From IMG/VR virus record IMGVR_UViG_3300037851_000518, positions 1-46,708 of that record: a stretch of DNA of 46,708 bases. One strand, written 5' to 3'. Source of the stretch: a virus (lineage: Duplodnaviria; Caudoviricetes). Shown piece after piece: positions 1 to 9,440 of this stretch (position 1 is its first letter; every line of letters starts with the position of its first letter). The notes beneath the pieces were generated by a model that was not told the DNA's origin, ran no database searches, and saw only the letters and a list, made by a program, of their open reading frames with translations. The translations under genes and the position numbers were made by a program.

Positions 1-92
1 CTTGAGAAAATTGCAGAATCAAATCCGTTATGGCTGGCCGATAACAGACCAGAGTGGATGGATTATAACAGGCCAGCGTGGATGGCTGATAA
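1..92. repeat. Terminal direct repeat / circular overlap, left copy
   Basis: 1-92 is identical to 46617-46708; the first ~33 nt lie outside the tandem array. Confidence 0.95.
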
Positions 93-792
93 CAGACCAG
101 AGTTGATGGCTTATCACAGACCAGAGTGGATGGCCGATAACAGACCAGAGTGGATGGCCGATAACAGACCAGCGTGGATGGCTTATAGCAGACCAGAGTG
201 GATGGCTGATAACAAACCAGAGTTGATGGCTTATAGCAGACCAGAGTGGATGGCCGAGAACAGACCAGCGTGGATGGCTGATAACAGACCAGAGTGGATG
301 GCTGATAAAAGACCAGCGAGGATGGCTGATAAAAGACCAGAGTGGATGGCCGATAACAGACCAGAGTGGATGGATTATAACAGACCAGCGTGGATGGCCG
401 ATAACAGACCAGAGTGGATAGCTGATGACAGACCAGAGTGGATGTCCGATAACAGACCAGCGTGGATGGCTGATAACAGACCAGAGTGGATGGCTTATAG
501 CAGACCAACGCGGATGGCCGAGAAAAGACCAGAGTGGCTGGCTGATAACAGACCAGCGTGGATGGCTTATAGCAGACCAGAGTGGATGGCTGATAACAGA
601 CCAGAGTTGATGGCTTATAGCAGACCAGCGTGGATGGCTTATAACAGACCAGAGTGGATGGCTGATAACAGACCAGCGTGGATGGCCGATAACAGACCAG
701 AGTGGATGGCCGAGAACAGACCAGAGTGGATGGATAGGCGCAAAAACCAAGACGAAGTGCCTGAGAAAATCAAGAAAATCATTGGTCTATAA
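1..792 (+). CDS. Octapeptide (MADNRPEW) repeat protein, 3' part; true start 46587 across the junction, ~273 aa
   Basis: Frame open from base 1 (LEKIAESNPLW...) to TAA 790-792, in frame with ATG 46587; unique N- and C-terminal caps. Confidence 0.8.
   Translation, partial: LEKIAESNPLWLADNRPEWMDYNRPAWMADNRPELMAYHRPEWMADNRPEWMADNRPAWMAYSRPEWMADNKPELMAYSRPEWMAENRPAWMADNRPEWMADKRPARMADKRPEWMADNRPEWMDYNRPAWMADNRPEWIADDRPEWMSDNRPAWMADNRPEWMAYSRPTRMAEKRPEWLADNRPAWMAYSRPEWMADNRPELMAYSRPAWMAYNRPEWMADNRPAWMADNRPEWMAENRPEWMDRRKNQDEVPEKIKKIIGL
34..729 (+). repeat. Tandem array, 29 x 24 bp, consensus ATGGCYGATAACAGACCAGAGTGG
   Basis: Units counted from the translation; no spacers and no indels. Confidence 0.95.
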
Positions 793-802
793 ATCACAGA
801 CC
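784..802. promoter_or_regulatory. 19-bp palindrome, copy 1 (GGTCTATAAATCACAGACC)
   Basis: Overlaps the repeat-gene stop; followed by AGAAAGGA RBS and ATG 816. Confidence 0.85.
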
Positions 803-815
803 AGAAAGGAATAAC

Positions 816-2078
816 ATGAGCACAATTGTCCATGTAAAAACAGAGCGTCAGTTTAAAAAACTGCTCTCAATGGTTGAGCCGTGTGAAAGATACAGGTATA
901 ATCCAAGTCATCTTAAGTGGGCGTTTGCGTCAGGGTTTCCCTACAGGGAGATTTCGGATGACGGAATTCACCTTTGCGGCAAGGGTATGTCTTCAGATGC
1001 AATTCCGGTTTGGGCGTACTGCCTCGCAAAGATGGGCAAAAACGCGAAAACAATTGTTACCGACAGAGCAAGGCTTCTCTCCGCGCTTCGATCTATCGGG
1101 GCAATGTCCTGCTACAGGCTCATCATGCGAAGCCGAAAGGACTTTGTTTCTCTGTCGTCAACCGAGCCAGGATTGTTTTCGTATTCGAGATCAGCAAGCG
1201 ACAGGTTTAATGTCGCCAGAAGGGTGAAGACATCATTTCAAAAAATAATGAGAAGGCTTGGCTCCGAAGAACCCGACCATGTGCTATCTGATGTTGCAGC
1301 GAAGCTGTTTCCTCTTCTGTCTGAGAACAATGCGGTCAGGCTTATCACGGGCGGGGAAATCGGAGATTTCTACTACAAACACCGCCTCCTGCTCAAGTCC
1401 TGTATGACGGAACGAGGTGCAGTTGAGATGTACGAGATCAACCCGGACGTGTGCAGTCTGGCTGTTATCACGAAGGAAAAAGACGGAGCCGTCACAGGCG
1501 CAGCACGGTGCATGGTTTTTAAATCGCAAAGCGGGAAGCTGTACCATTCCAGAGTGTACTACACACACCCTGAGTTTTCAGAGGCTATCCTGTCGTACAT
1601 GAACAAAAACGGGATCGATGCCGCGTATGAACGCAGTCCCTGCGATACCGTTTTAATGAAGGTTCCAGATAGCGGAGAGGTTCCATACATGGACGTTTTC
1701 TTTTACACAGACGACGCCCCAGATCCGGGAGCAACCTGCGAATGGAAGAGCAGCCCTGGGGATTACACTGCACGATGCATAGACGGAACTGTCGATGGAT
1801 ACGATAGACCCCGATGCGATTATTGCGGCGAAACATGCTACGACACAACGTATGTTCGCGGGTTGGGAGATGTATGCGACGAGTGTGTTAGCGAACAAAC
1901 TTTCGTTTGCGACAGATGCTACGACCGCCGCTCAAACGACCGCATGTACACGGTTTCTTATCATGGACAGGAACTCCAGGTTTGCGAAAGTTGCCAAAAC
2001 TGGTACATCGAACAGATTGCAAAAGAGAAAGAAGCCGAAGAAAAATCAGAAGAAGGAGCGTGGTGTGAAGCTGTTTGA
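816..2078 (+). CDS. Phage hypothetical protein with C-terminal CxxC Zn-ribbon repeats
   Basis: 420 aa, RBS AAAGGA; SCM, RVY, PYMD motifs; CDYC, CDEC, CDRC, CESC. Confidence 0.8.
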   Translation: MSTIVHVKTERQFKKLLSMVEPCERYRYNPSHLKWAFASGFPYREISDDGIHLCGKGMSSDAIPVWAYCLAKMGKNAKTIVTDRARLLSALRSIGAMSCYRLIMRSRKDFVSLSSTEPGLFSYSRSASDRFNVARRVKTSFQKIMRRLGSEEPDHVLSDVAAKLFPLLSENNAVRLITGGEIGDFYYKHRLLLKSCMTERGAVEMYEINPDVCSLAVITKEKDGAVTGAARCMVFKSQSGKLYHSRVYYTHPEFSEAILSYMNKNGIDAAYERSPCDTVLMKVPDSGEVPYMDVFFYTDDAPDPGATCEWKSSPGDYTARCIDGTVDGYDRPRCDYCGETCYDTTYVRGLGDVCDECVSEQTFVCDRCYDRRSNDRMYTVSYHGQELQVCESCQNWYIEQIAKEKEAEEKSEEGAWCEAV

Positions 2079-3087
2079 GCGAAAGAAAAAAAACGTCAGG
2101 GCGAACGCGCCCGCAGGGTCTGCCGCTTTCTTGATCGGCCTTCCGGTCTGCATTCCGCTGATCCAGAGAAGATGTATGCAGTCAACCAAAGCCTTGTTCA
2201 AATCGCTTGTCAATGAGCTTGGGTTTTCGGAGCACTACAACCAGAAAAAAGATCACACGTATTGCTATCTTGACAGGGGAAACAAAGTTCTTGTGGTTGC
2301 TCACGCCGACTCGGTTCAGTCGGCCCGATTCTTCACACGAGAGGGGAATCTTGTTTTCTCGCCAAGCCTTGACGACCGGCTTGGCGTAGCCGTTGCGGTT
2401 GACCTCCTGCCTCTTCTCGGAATCGACTGCGACGTTCTCATTACGGATGAGGAAGAGTTTGGAAATTCGTCGGCCTCTTCGTTTGTTCCAAGTCACGATT
2501 ACAACTGGATTGCTGAGTTCGACAGGGGCGGCGGCGGCGTTGTCACGTATTCATACGACAACCAAGCGTGGGAGGCAGCGCTAATGGGGGCCGGCTTCAC
2601 GATTGAGATGGGGTTATACTCCGACATCTGTGAAATGGAGGGCCTTGGAATCAGCGCCGTGAACATAGGAATCGGATACGAACAGTATCACTCGATCAAC
2701 TCGTTCGCAGACCTGTCCACCATGGATGCGAATCTAAAGAGATTTGTGAAGTTTCATTCGAAATACGCTGGCAAAAAGTTCGCGCACGAAGAGCGCAGAG
2801 CGTATCGTTATCCAGAAAACGATCTCGGTCGGTTCGATGCACACCGTCGCGTAGAAGCTTTTCACAGACGATGCACAAAAGAAAAGAGCCTGAACAGGCG
2901 GCTCATGTGCGAAAACTGCGGAGACGTTTTCTGGGAGGAAGACGTGTATGTAAACCGGGAGGTGGTCATGTGCCCGACATGCTTTGAGGCTCTCTATACG
3001 GATGACGCAGCAGCCACCTACGAGTTCTTTGCAAGATCGTTCAGCGAAAAAAGACGGACCGATGTGGATGTTTGCGGGTGGAATTAA
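2065..3087 (+). CDS. Zn-dependent M28/M20-like peptidase with C-terminal Zn ribbon
   Basis: AHADSV, LDDRLG, DEEEFG, EFDR, YSD, YH motifs; CENC..CPTC; start reassigned to GTG 2065 after AAGGAG. Confidence 0.8.
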   Translation: MKLFERKKKNVRANAPAGSAAFLIGLPVCIPLIQRRCMQSTKALFKSLVNELGFSEHYNQKKDHTYCYLDRGNKVLVVAHADSVQSARFFTREGNLVFSPSLDDRLGVAVAVDLLPLLGIDCDVLITDEEEFGNSSASSFVPSHDYNWIAEFDRGGGGVVTYSYDNQAWEAALMGAGFTIEMGLYSDICEMEGLGISAVNIGIGYEQYHSINSFADLSTMDANLKRFVKFHSKYAGKKFAHEERRAYRYPENDLGRFDAHRRVEAFHRRCTKEKSLNRRLMCENCGDVFWEEDVYVNREVVMCPTCFEALYTDDAAATYEFFARSFSEKRRTDVDVCGWN

Positions 3088-3091
3088 CAGC

Positions 3092-3110
3092 GGTCTATAG
3101 ATCATAGACC
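3092..3110. promoter_or_regulatory. 19-bp palindrome, copy 2 (GGTCTATAGATCATAGACC)
   Basis: Intergenic, followed by AGAAAG and the RBS of ATG 3132. Confidence 0.85.
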
Positions 3111-3131
3111 AGAAAGAAAAAGGAAAGCTAA

Positions 3132-3461
3132 ATGGAAAACAAAGAACAGAGAGAATTCGAGGCGAAGGTCGTTGCAACCACCAAGGCGCTTATGCGTGCA
3201 GCTGACCAAAACGAAGAAGGGCCCGTGTTGCTTGCCGCACACACAGCTATCGCCAAAGCTCTGGTAGTAGAAAGCTCCAGAGTTGAGGTTGTAATTTCGA
3301 TGGCCGGGGTGTTTATTAACATGGCCCTGTCAATGTCAAAGTCTCTTGGAGTGGAGCCGGGAGAGTTTGGGAAAATGTTTACAGAGTACACGGGAGTGGA
3401 TGTTGTTGTCTTTGACAGACGCGGACAGACACAGAACAACAATACAAGAGAGGATGCGTAA
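3132..3461 (+). CDS. Hypothetical protein
   Basis: 109 aa, RBS AAGGA, fits the operon. Confidence 0.75.
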   Translation: MENKEQREFEAKVVATTKALMRAADQNEEGPVLLAAHTAIAKALVVESSRVEVVISMAGVFINMALSMSKSLGVEPGEFGKMFTEYTGVDVVVFDRRGQTQNNNTREDA

Positions 3462-3462
3462 T

Positions 3463-4440
3463 ATGGCACACGGAATAACAGAAATCGACAGGGGTTTTGT
3501 TCAAGGAGACTCGACGTGGCACAAGCTTCCACAATATATAGTAATTCCGGACAGAAGCATTACGATCAAGGAGTGTGTTGAGGTTGCAGACTATGCAATC
3601 GAGACAAAGCCTCTGTTTTGGCAGGACGACGCCGGCGAGTTTCGTTCATCGGACGGAGCGCACTGCATTGTCCGGCCTGACCACAAGAGGGTTCTCGTTC
3701 CAGCCGTTGGGAACCGGTTCTTTGCTGACACAAACGTCCACATGGTAAACAGGCTGAGCGAAACGCTTCTTGCCGCCTACCCAGACCTTAAGATTGAGTC
3801 TGCCGGAACGCTGTTTGGCGGCGCTACATTCTTCCTGAACCTTCGCGTCGGAGAGTTCAGGGTTAAGGGCGACAAATCCGCAACGCTTACAAACCTCATG
3901 TTTACAAACCCTCTTGGGCGCGGACAGTATATTGCCTGCGCACACAACACGCGAATTGTGTGCAACAATACGGAGCAGATTGCTGAATCTCAGGGGCTCA
4001 TTAACAATGCACTCAAGAAGTTTCGCCACACATCAGGAGCAAAGAGCAAAATTCAGGACTACCTGTTTGAGCTTGCAGACCTCAAGCTTCAATTGAAACA
4101 GCGAGAGCTTTTGCTGGACGCCCTTGCCGGATGTGCCGTATCGGTGGAACAGGTTGACAAATTTCTCGACACGTTCTTTTCGCTGCCGGAAGATGACGGG
4201 CGCAGCCTGACAATGGCGAAGAACGGGCGCGAAGCGTTCACGGGAATATTCGACGGAACGCAGACGCACACGATGGACAACCCTCACACAAAGTATGGAT
4301 TGTATATGGCATACACGGACTGGGTTGACCACGAGAAGAGAACACGCGGGTCTGATTTGGCGGCGACAATGTTTGACGGGATAACCGGAACAAGGGCGGC
4401 GTCAAAACAGGATGCCCTTGATTATATCACGGTGATGTAA
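3463..4440 (+). CDS. DUF932 / phage-plasmid-like (TIGR03299-type) protein
   Basis: MAH start, WH, RIVCNNT, RHT motifs; start reassigned to 3463 after GAGG. Confidence 0.8.
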   Translation: MAHGITEIDRGFVQGDSTWHKLPQYIVIPDRSITIKECVEVADYAIETKPLFWQDDAGEFRSSDGAHCIVRPDHKRVLVPAVGNRFFADTNVHMVNRLSETLLAAYPDLKIESAGTLFGGATFFLNLRVGEFRVKGDKSATLTNLMFTNPLGRGQYIACAHNTRIVCNNTEQIAESQGLINNALKKFRHTSGAKSKIQDYLFELADLKLQLKQRELLLDALAGCAVSVEQVDKFLDTFFSLPEDDGRSLTMAKNGREAFTGIFDGTQTHTMDNPHTKYGLYMAYTDWVDHEKRTRGSDLAATMFDGITGTRAASKQDALDYITVM

Positions 4441-6053
4441 TGATAAAGAAAACAAAAGACGGCTACGTGTTTGACGGAGTTCCGTCGAGCCAGCAGGCAG
4501 ACATCTTGCGAAAGGCTGGATTCAGGTGCGGGAGAAGGGGGTATTACACAACCGACGCGGCTTGTGTTACCCGCTCCATGGCAATCGTTTCCATGTGCTC
4601 GCCGCAACTTCAATGCGAGATGTCTGCGCTTAGGGAAAACATGATCAATATGCTTTCCCTTTCGTCGTCGGCAGAGGCGACAGATCTTCCCGTTTACCCG
4701 GACGGAGACCTGTCGCTTCTGCCGTATCAAACGTCAGGCATTGCGTACATGCTTAAAGCCGGACGCTGTCTCAACGCGGATGACATGGGGCTGGGGAAGA
4801 CGATACAGGGGGCGATGTGCATCAAAACGCTGTTCGCTCAGAGAAAGGCAAGCACCGCCCTCGTCGTGTGCCCTGCCTCGTTAAAAATAAACTGGCAACG
4901 GGAGCTGAAAACGTGGGCCGGCATTGACGCGCATATCGTTTCGTCGAAGAACGCTCCGGCACGCTGTCAGGTTGCAATCATAAACTACGACATCCTCAAG
5001 AAACAGTCCGCGTGGCTTGCCGCAAGACGATGGGATGTTCTTGTTTGTGACGAAAGCCACTACATAAAGTCTCTTGGCGCCGGAAGAACAAAAGAGATTG
5101 CAAAGATACCGTCCGAATATTTCTTCGCACTGTCCGGAACTCCGATGCCGAACAATCCGTCAGAAATGTTTCCGGTGCTTAACAAGATGCGGCCGGATAT
5201 GTTTCCTGACAAGTGGCGGTTCGTTAATGATTACTGCTACATTATTAAAGAGTTTGGTCACATGAAGATTGTTGGCGGAAAGAATCTTGATAGGCTGAAA
5301 AATAAGTTACGCGCAACCTGCATGGTGCGAAGAAAAAAGACAGACGTTCTAAAAGACCTGCCTCCAAAGCGAAGACAGATTATAGAGATTGAGAACTCAC
5401 TGGAATCGCTTACAAAAAAAGAAATCGATGCGTACGATAATCAAGAGCGCCTTCGAAAGCAGATGAAGGAGTTAAAGAAACAATGCGACGAAACAAAAAA
5501 CAACGAGGGGCACCGTGTTTCACTTGAGGCATTCGCGGCAAAGACAGAGGAGTTTCGTGTCGCATACGGAAAGCTTTCTTCCGCTCGCAAAGAGCTTGCA
5601 ATTAAAAAAGTTCCGGCGTGCATCGAACATATTGCATCCGTTCTGGAATCAGAAGAAAAGCTGGTTGTGTTTACATATCACAAGGAGCCGGCCTATTTGA
5701 TGCAGAAGAATCTAAGCACAATGGGTGTTTCGTCTGTGTGTATAACGGGGGAAACGCAGGCCAGAGAGAGACAGGAATCCGTTGATTCGTTTGTAAAGGG
5801 AGACGCCAGAGTAATTATCGGAACGTATGGCGCGATGGGCACAGGGCTTACGCTGATTGTAGCATCAACCTGTATTATGACAGAACTTGACTGGGTTCCT
5901 GCGGTGCTAGACCAAGCAGAGGATAGGCTTGTCAGGATCGGCCAGCGGTGCTCTGTGCTAATTCAATACCTTGTACTCGATGGAAGTTTGGATGGAAAAA
6001 TGATAAGGAAGTTATGCGTAAAAGGAAGACTAATAGAGCAGGTGATGGGGTGA
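4440..6053 (+). CDS. SNF2-family (SMARCAL1-like) helicase
   Basis: DDMGLGKT, VVCPASL, DESH, LSGTP, GTGLTL, QAEDRLVRIGQ. Confidence 0.95.
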   Translation: MIKKTKDGYVFDGVPSSQQADILRKAGFRCGRRGYYTTDAACVTRSMAIVSMCSPQLQCEMSALRENMINMLSLSSSAEATDLPVYPDGDLSLLPYQTSGIAYMLKAGRCLNADDMGLGKTIQGAMCIKTLFAQRKASTALVVCPASLKINWQRELKTWAGIDAHIVSSKNAPARCQVAIINYDILKKQSAWLAARRWDVLVCDESHYIKSLGAGRTKEIAKIPSEYFFALSGTPMPNNPSEMFPVLNKMRPDMFPDKWRFVNDYCYIIKEFGHMKIVGGKNLDRLKNKLRATCMVRRKKTDVLKDLPPKRRQIIEIENSLESLTKKEIDAYDNQERLRKQMKELKKQCDETKNNEGHRVSLEAFAAKTEEFRVAYGKLSSARKELAIKKVPACIEHIASVLESEEKLVVFTYHKEPAYLMQKNLSTMGVSSVCITGETQARERQESVDSFVKGDARVIIGTYGAMGTGLTLIVASTCIMTELDWVPAVLDQAEDRLVRIGQRCSVLIQYLVLDGSLDGKMIRKLCVKGRLIEQVMG

Positions 6054-6364
6054 GTGACAAAGTAAAACGGTACGACGATCTCGATAGAACAAAGGCTGCG
6101 TCAATAAGAAACCTGTCGTCTCAAGAACTCGGAGAGGCGATTATTTCTGTATGCGGATCGGACGAACAGCTCGAAAGCAAGATCGCTGCGCTTCTGTGGT
6201 GGGAGCGTCCAAGTTCAACAAGAGATAGCTCTGACTGCCTATACGTAATGTACAAAAGGCTCAGGCTTGATCACAACATAAGCAGCAAAAAAATATTCGA
6301 CGCTCTTGTTTCCGTCGGTGCGCCAAAGACGATGGCAAGAGTAAAGATGTCAACGAATAACTAA
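6050..6364 (+). CDS. Hypothetical protein
   Basis: GTG overlapping the helicase stop (GTGA), 104 aa. Confidence 0.65.
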   Translation: MSDKVKRYDDLDRTKAASIRNLSSQELGEAIISVCGSDEQLESKIAALLWWERPSSTRDSSDCLYVMYKRLRLDHNISSKKIFDALVSVGAPKTMARVKMSTNN

Positions 6365-6379
6365 ATCGAAGGAGATGTG

Positions 6380-6655
6380 ATGACTACGAAAGAATGGTTT
6401 TCCTTTCTTCCAGATGGTGTAAGAGAGAGGGCGATTAACAACTCGCTGTGGGGCACAGACTGGGAGGCCGCCTCTATCGGCAGCGCTCTTCTTGTGTCGT
6501 TTGATTGGCCAGACACTCCTGAAGGATATGACTTCTGGTGGACAATATACGACATTTGTTCCTCTGGAAGCGATGATGTGTTTGAAAAAATTGCAGAGTT
6601 TTATGGGTCAAGAAAATGCACGGAGGATCTAGTATGGAGACAGGCGGCACAATAA
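6380..6655 (+). CDS. Hypothetical protein
   Basis: RBS AAGGAG; FDW..TPEGYDFW motif. Confidence 0.75.
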   Translation: MTTKEWFSFLPDGVRERAINNSLWGTDWEAASIGSALLVSFDWPDTPEGYDFWWTIYDICSSGSDDVFEKIAEFYGSRKCTEDLVWRQAAQ

Positions 6656-7509
6656 AAATATATCAGGTATTAAATTGGGACACGTTTTTCGAGGGCGCAA
6701 AGTCGAGAACATATAAAAACAAGTCATCCTGCAACATGCCAACGAAACACGGACTAGGTTTTACGAGATTAATTAAGGGGAAAAACGGGCCTGCGCTATT
6801 CGGTGCGTGGTGCGCGCTGATTCAAGTGCTGTCGAGGCACTCATCTCCCCGCCAAGGATACTGCACGGATACTGGACGGATACAAGACCGACCGTACAGC
6901 TGCTCAGATTTGGAGTTGCTGACGAACATCCCGGAATCTCTGTTCATGGAAATGTTTGAGGCAACGCAAGCCATTGGCTGGGTGCAACTTGTGGACGCAG
7001 GGATACCACGCGGACACCATAAGGATATTTTGGTTCCTCTTAACTCTAACTCTAACTCAAACTCAAACTCAAACTCATGCGCTCCGGCTTCGCCTCCGCA
7101 TGGGGCTGATGAATTGGAAATTCCGACTCGAAGAGAAAAAACCAAGGTGCAACTTTTGGGAGTTCCGCGACCGCCCGGCGAGGATGCCCCGAAATCGAGC
7201 GCATTTGCCCCGCCAAGCGTCGAAGAGGTACGAGCCTATACGGAGGGCCGCTTTAATGCCGGACGCCCCAGAATCGACGCGGAGGCCTTTGTCGCGTTTT
7301 ACTCATCAAAGGGGTGGCTTGTTGGAAAAAACAAGATGAAGGACTGGAAATCGGCTGTTGTAACGTGGGAGTGTAAGGCTTTAGAAAATGCTCCACAGAA
7401 ACATAAAATAAAAACAACAACAGGGCATATTACAAAAGAACAGTTTGAGGCTATGGAAAAGCGGAGAGCAAGCACGATAGGTAATATTATTAATAAAAAA
7501 GGAGGGTGA
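6634..7509 (+). CDS. Replication initiator / replisome organiser
   Basis: RBS GGAGG; (NS)6 linker; C-terminal PPSVEEV..AEAFVAFYSSKGW..KMKDWKSAVVTWE; upstream of DnaB. Confidence 0.8.
   Translation: METGGTIKIYQVLNWDTFFEGAKSRTYKNKSSCNMPTKHGLGFTRLIKGKNGPALFGAWCALIQVLSRHSSPRQGYCTDTGRIQDRPYSCSDLELLTNIPESLFMEMFEATQAIGWVQLVDAGIPRGHHKDILVPLNSNSNSNSNSNSCAPASPPHGADELEIPTRREKTKVQLLGVPRPPGEDAPKSSAFAPPSVEEVRAYTEGRFNAGRPRIDAEAFVAFYSSKGWLVGKNKMKDWKSAVVTWECKALENAPQKHKIKTTTGHITKEQFEAMEKRRASTIGNIINKKGG
7041..7076 (+). repeat. (TAACTC)3(AAACTC)3 hexamer tract inside the initiator gene
   Basis: Read directly from the sequence. Confidence 0.85.
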
Positions 7510-7511
7510 TT

Positions 7512-7694
7512 ATGCATAAGGGAACTGTCGATGTTTTAAGGGTGAAGACGAGATGCGATAGATGCGGATCGGAAATCATATCTGACGGGAACACGAAGGT
7601 TACGTGTTACTGCGGGCTGACGTATCGTGTCGAATCATCGGTGAAGATAACAACACAGGAGATCAGAGATGACACAACAGTTGTTAATCGGTGA
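7512..7694 (+). CDS. Small Zn-ribbon protein
   Basis: CDRC..CYC; RBS AAGGAGG. Confidence 0.65.
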   Translation: MHKGTVDVLRVKTRCDRCGSEIISDGNTKVTCYCGLTYRVESSVKITTQEIRDDTTVVNR

Positions 7695-8049
7695 CGGGGA
7701 TGCAATAGATGACGCCCTGTATCGAATCCCGGTAACAGAAAGCGAAGCCTCCTTGCTGTCGATTCTTATTCAGGAAGAAGCCTGCGTTGCCGCAGACTTT
7801 TATATCGAGCGGGGAAGAGAAACAACGCGAAGGCACGGAACAATAAAGAAAGACGGGTATAAGAGTTACGTGATCCGCCTAAACAAACCGTCCATCGGGG
7901 CTCTTCTCCACGAAATGGCGCACATAGGAAAAAATGGACTGCCGATTGACAACTGGAACCATACCGGAAAGTTTAAAAACCAGCTGAGGCATATGGTTGC
8001 CGCATACCATGCCGTAAAAGAACGAGGGCTGACGGGAGATGACCAATGA
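7669..8049 (+). CDS. HEXXH minimal metalloprotease-like (SprT/YgjP-like) protein
   Basis: LLHEMAH...NHTGKF. Confidence 0.7.
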   Translation: MTQQLLIGDGDAIDDALYRIPVTESEASLLSILIQEEACVAADFYIERGRETTRRHGTIKKDGYKSYVIRLNKPSIGALLHEMAHIGKNGLPIDNWNHTGKFKNQLRHMVAAYHAVKERGLTGDDQ

Positions 8050-9398
8050 CAGAAAGAAGACTTCCTCCGTATGATGAAGCCGCAGAGCGATCAACGCTTG
8101 GCGCAATGATTCTAAACCCGAACTTAGCGATAGATTTGTGCGTCGAGCTTGGGGTGACAAAGAACAGTTTCTATGTTCCAGCGTCGAGGGTGCTGTTCGA
8201 TGCGCTTGTTTCAATGCAATCATTGGGAAAGGCAATCGACCTGCTAACGGTTGGCTCGTTTCTAAATGAGAACGGGATGCTTGATAAAGTCGGCGGGCAC
8301 GTATATCTAGAGTCGCTTGTTGACTCGTGCATAACAACGGCACACGCGGAGCATTACGCGCAGATCGTTAAGAGCAAGGAGGTTGCGCGGGCTGTTATAT
8401 GTCTTGGAGCGGAGCTTATCGATTCGGTGTATGCTTCACACAATCCAATAGACTCTGCCGCAGAGGCCGTCTCCGCGCTTGATGTGGTTATCAACGAGCG
8501 ATCTAAAACAAAAACGGTTGACGATGTAAACGAAGAGATAGAGCGTTCGTGGGATGCAGGCGGAATTCCAAGCCACTTGGTTTCGTTTGGGCAGATGTTT
8601 AAGTATGAGGGAATGGTTGTGCTTGGGGCGTACCCGTCTGTCGGAAAAACCGCCAGCATGATATGCGAAACAGTCAACTGGTGCAAGGCCGGCCTCCATG
8701 TAGCCGCCGCATCGCTTGAAATGCCGGAGCCCAAAATCAGGGAGCGAATGGCCGGATCTGTGTGCGGAATAAACACAAGGCTTCTTTGTGATGACGAGTC
8801 GCTAAGCGGAGACTTGAGGCGAAGAGTCATTGCGCAACTCAGAGAGATGAAGGCATGGAAGCTGACGATCAACGACAGCTCAATGACGTGCGACAAATTT
8901 TGCGCATGGGCTCGCTCAATGAAAGCAAAAGGGGCCGATCTGATATGGCTTGATTATCTTCAGTTGTTTTCTGCAACGAGCGAAGAGTGGAGGATGCCCG
9001 TTGAACAAAGAATCTCAATGTGGTCGAACAAAATCAAATCCGTTCAAAAAGCAATAGGCATTCCGGTTGTTGTTCTGTCTCAGTTAAGCAGGCCGTTCAG
9101 CAGAGATACGTCATCCATGCCGCCGCCGCCAACGCTGTCGTCGCTTCGTTATTCGGGATCAATTGAGCAAGATGCCGACTCGGTTCTGCTGCTGTACAAA
9201 GACCCGGATAAGGAGCCGTCGTTTTTCTTAGAAAACAAAACGTGGCCAGAGTACATCGACATCGCGAAACAGCGCAACGGAGACACCGGAAGGATACGCG
9301 TTGAGTTCGAGAGAGAAACACAGCGCGTTAAGGATGCGATAGATGTTTTTGATACAGACAACAACAGGCTCGAAAAAGGAAAGGACTTCGAGTGGTAG
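8046..9398 (+). CDS. dnaB: Replicative DnaB-like helicase
   Basis: PPYDEAAE N-domain, GAYPSVGKT, SLEM, DYLQL, LSQLSR, SGSIEQDAD, IAKQRNG. Confidence 0.95.
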   Translation: MTERRLPPYDEAAERSTLGAMILNPNLAIDLCVELGVTKNSFYVPASRVLFDALVSMQSLGKAIDLLTVGSFLNENGMLDKVGGHVYLESLVDSCITTAHAEHYAQIVKSKEVARAVICLGAELIDSVYASHNPIDSAAEAVSALDVVINERSKTKTVDDVNEEIERSWDAGGIPSHLVSFGQMFKYEGMVVLGAYPSVGKTASMICETVNWCKAGLHVAAASLEMPEPKIRERMAGSVCGINTRLLCDDESLSGDLRRRVIAQLREMKAWKLTINDSSMTCDKFCAWARSMKAKGADLIWLDYLQLFSATSEEWRMPVEQRISMWSNKIKSVQKAIGIPVVVLSQLSRPFSRDTSSMPPPPTLSSLRYSGSIEQDADSVLLLYKDPDKEPSFFLENKTWPEYIDIAKQRNGDTGRIRVEFERETQRVKDAIDVFDTDNNRLEKGKDFEW

Positions 9399-9440
9399 CA
9401 CACCCGGAGAGATCGTGTAGTAAATAAAATAGTAAACATA

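Noticed and set aside
34-729. CRISPR array or mini-array
   Set aside because: Contiguous 24-bp units with no unique spacers, in an open frame; no cas operon
34-729. Diversity-generating retroelement target
   Set aside because: No reverse transcriptase or TR/VR pair seen; variation is not adenine-specific
28-750. Antisense 240-aa repeat ORF
   Set aside because: Shadow of a stop-free repeat; the + frame has the RBS and unique caps
1795-2064. N-terminal extension of the peptidase ORF
   Set aside because: Overlaps the Zn ribbons of gene 816; GTG 2065 has a good RBS
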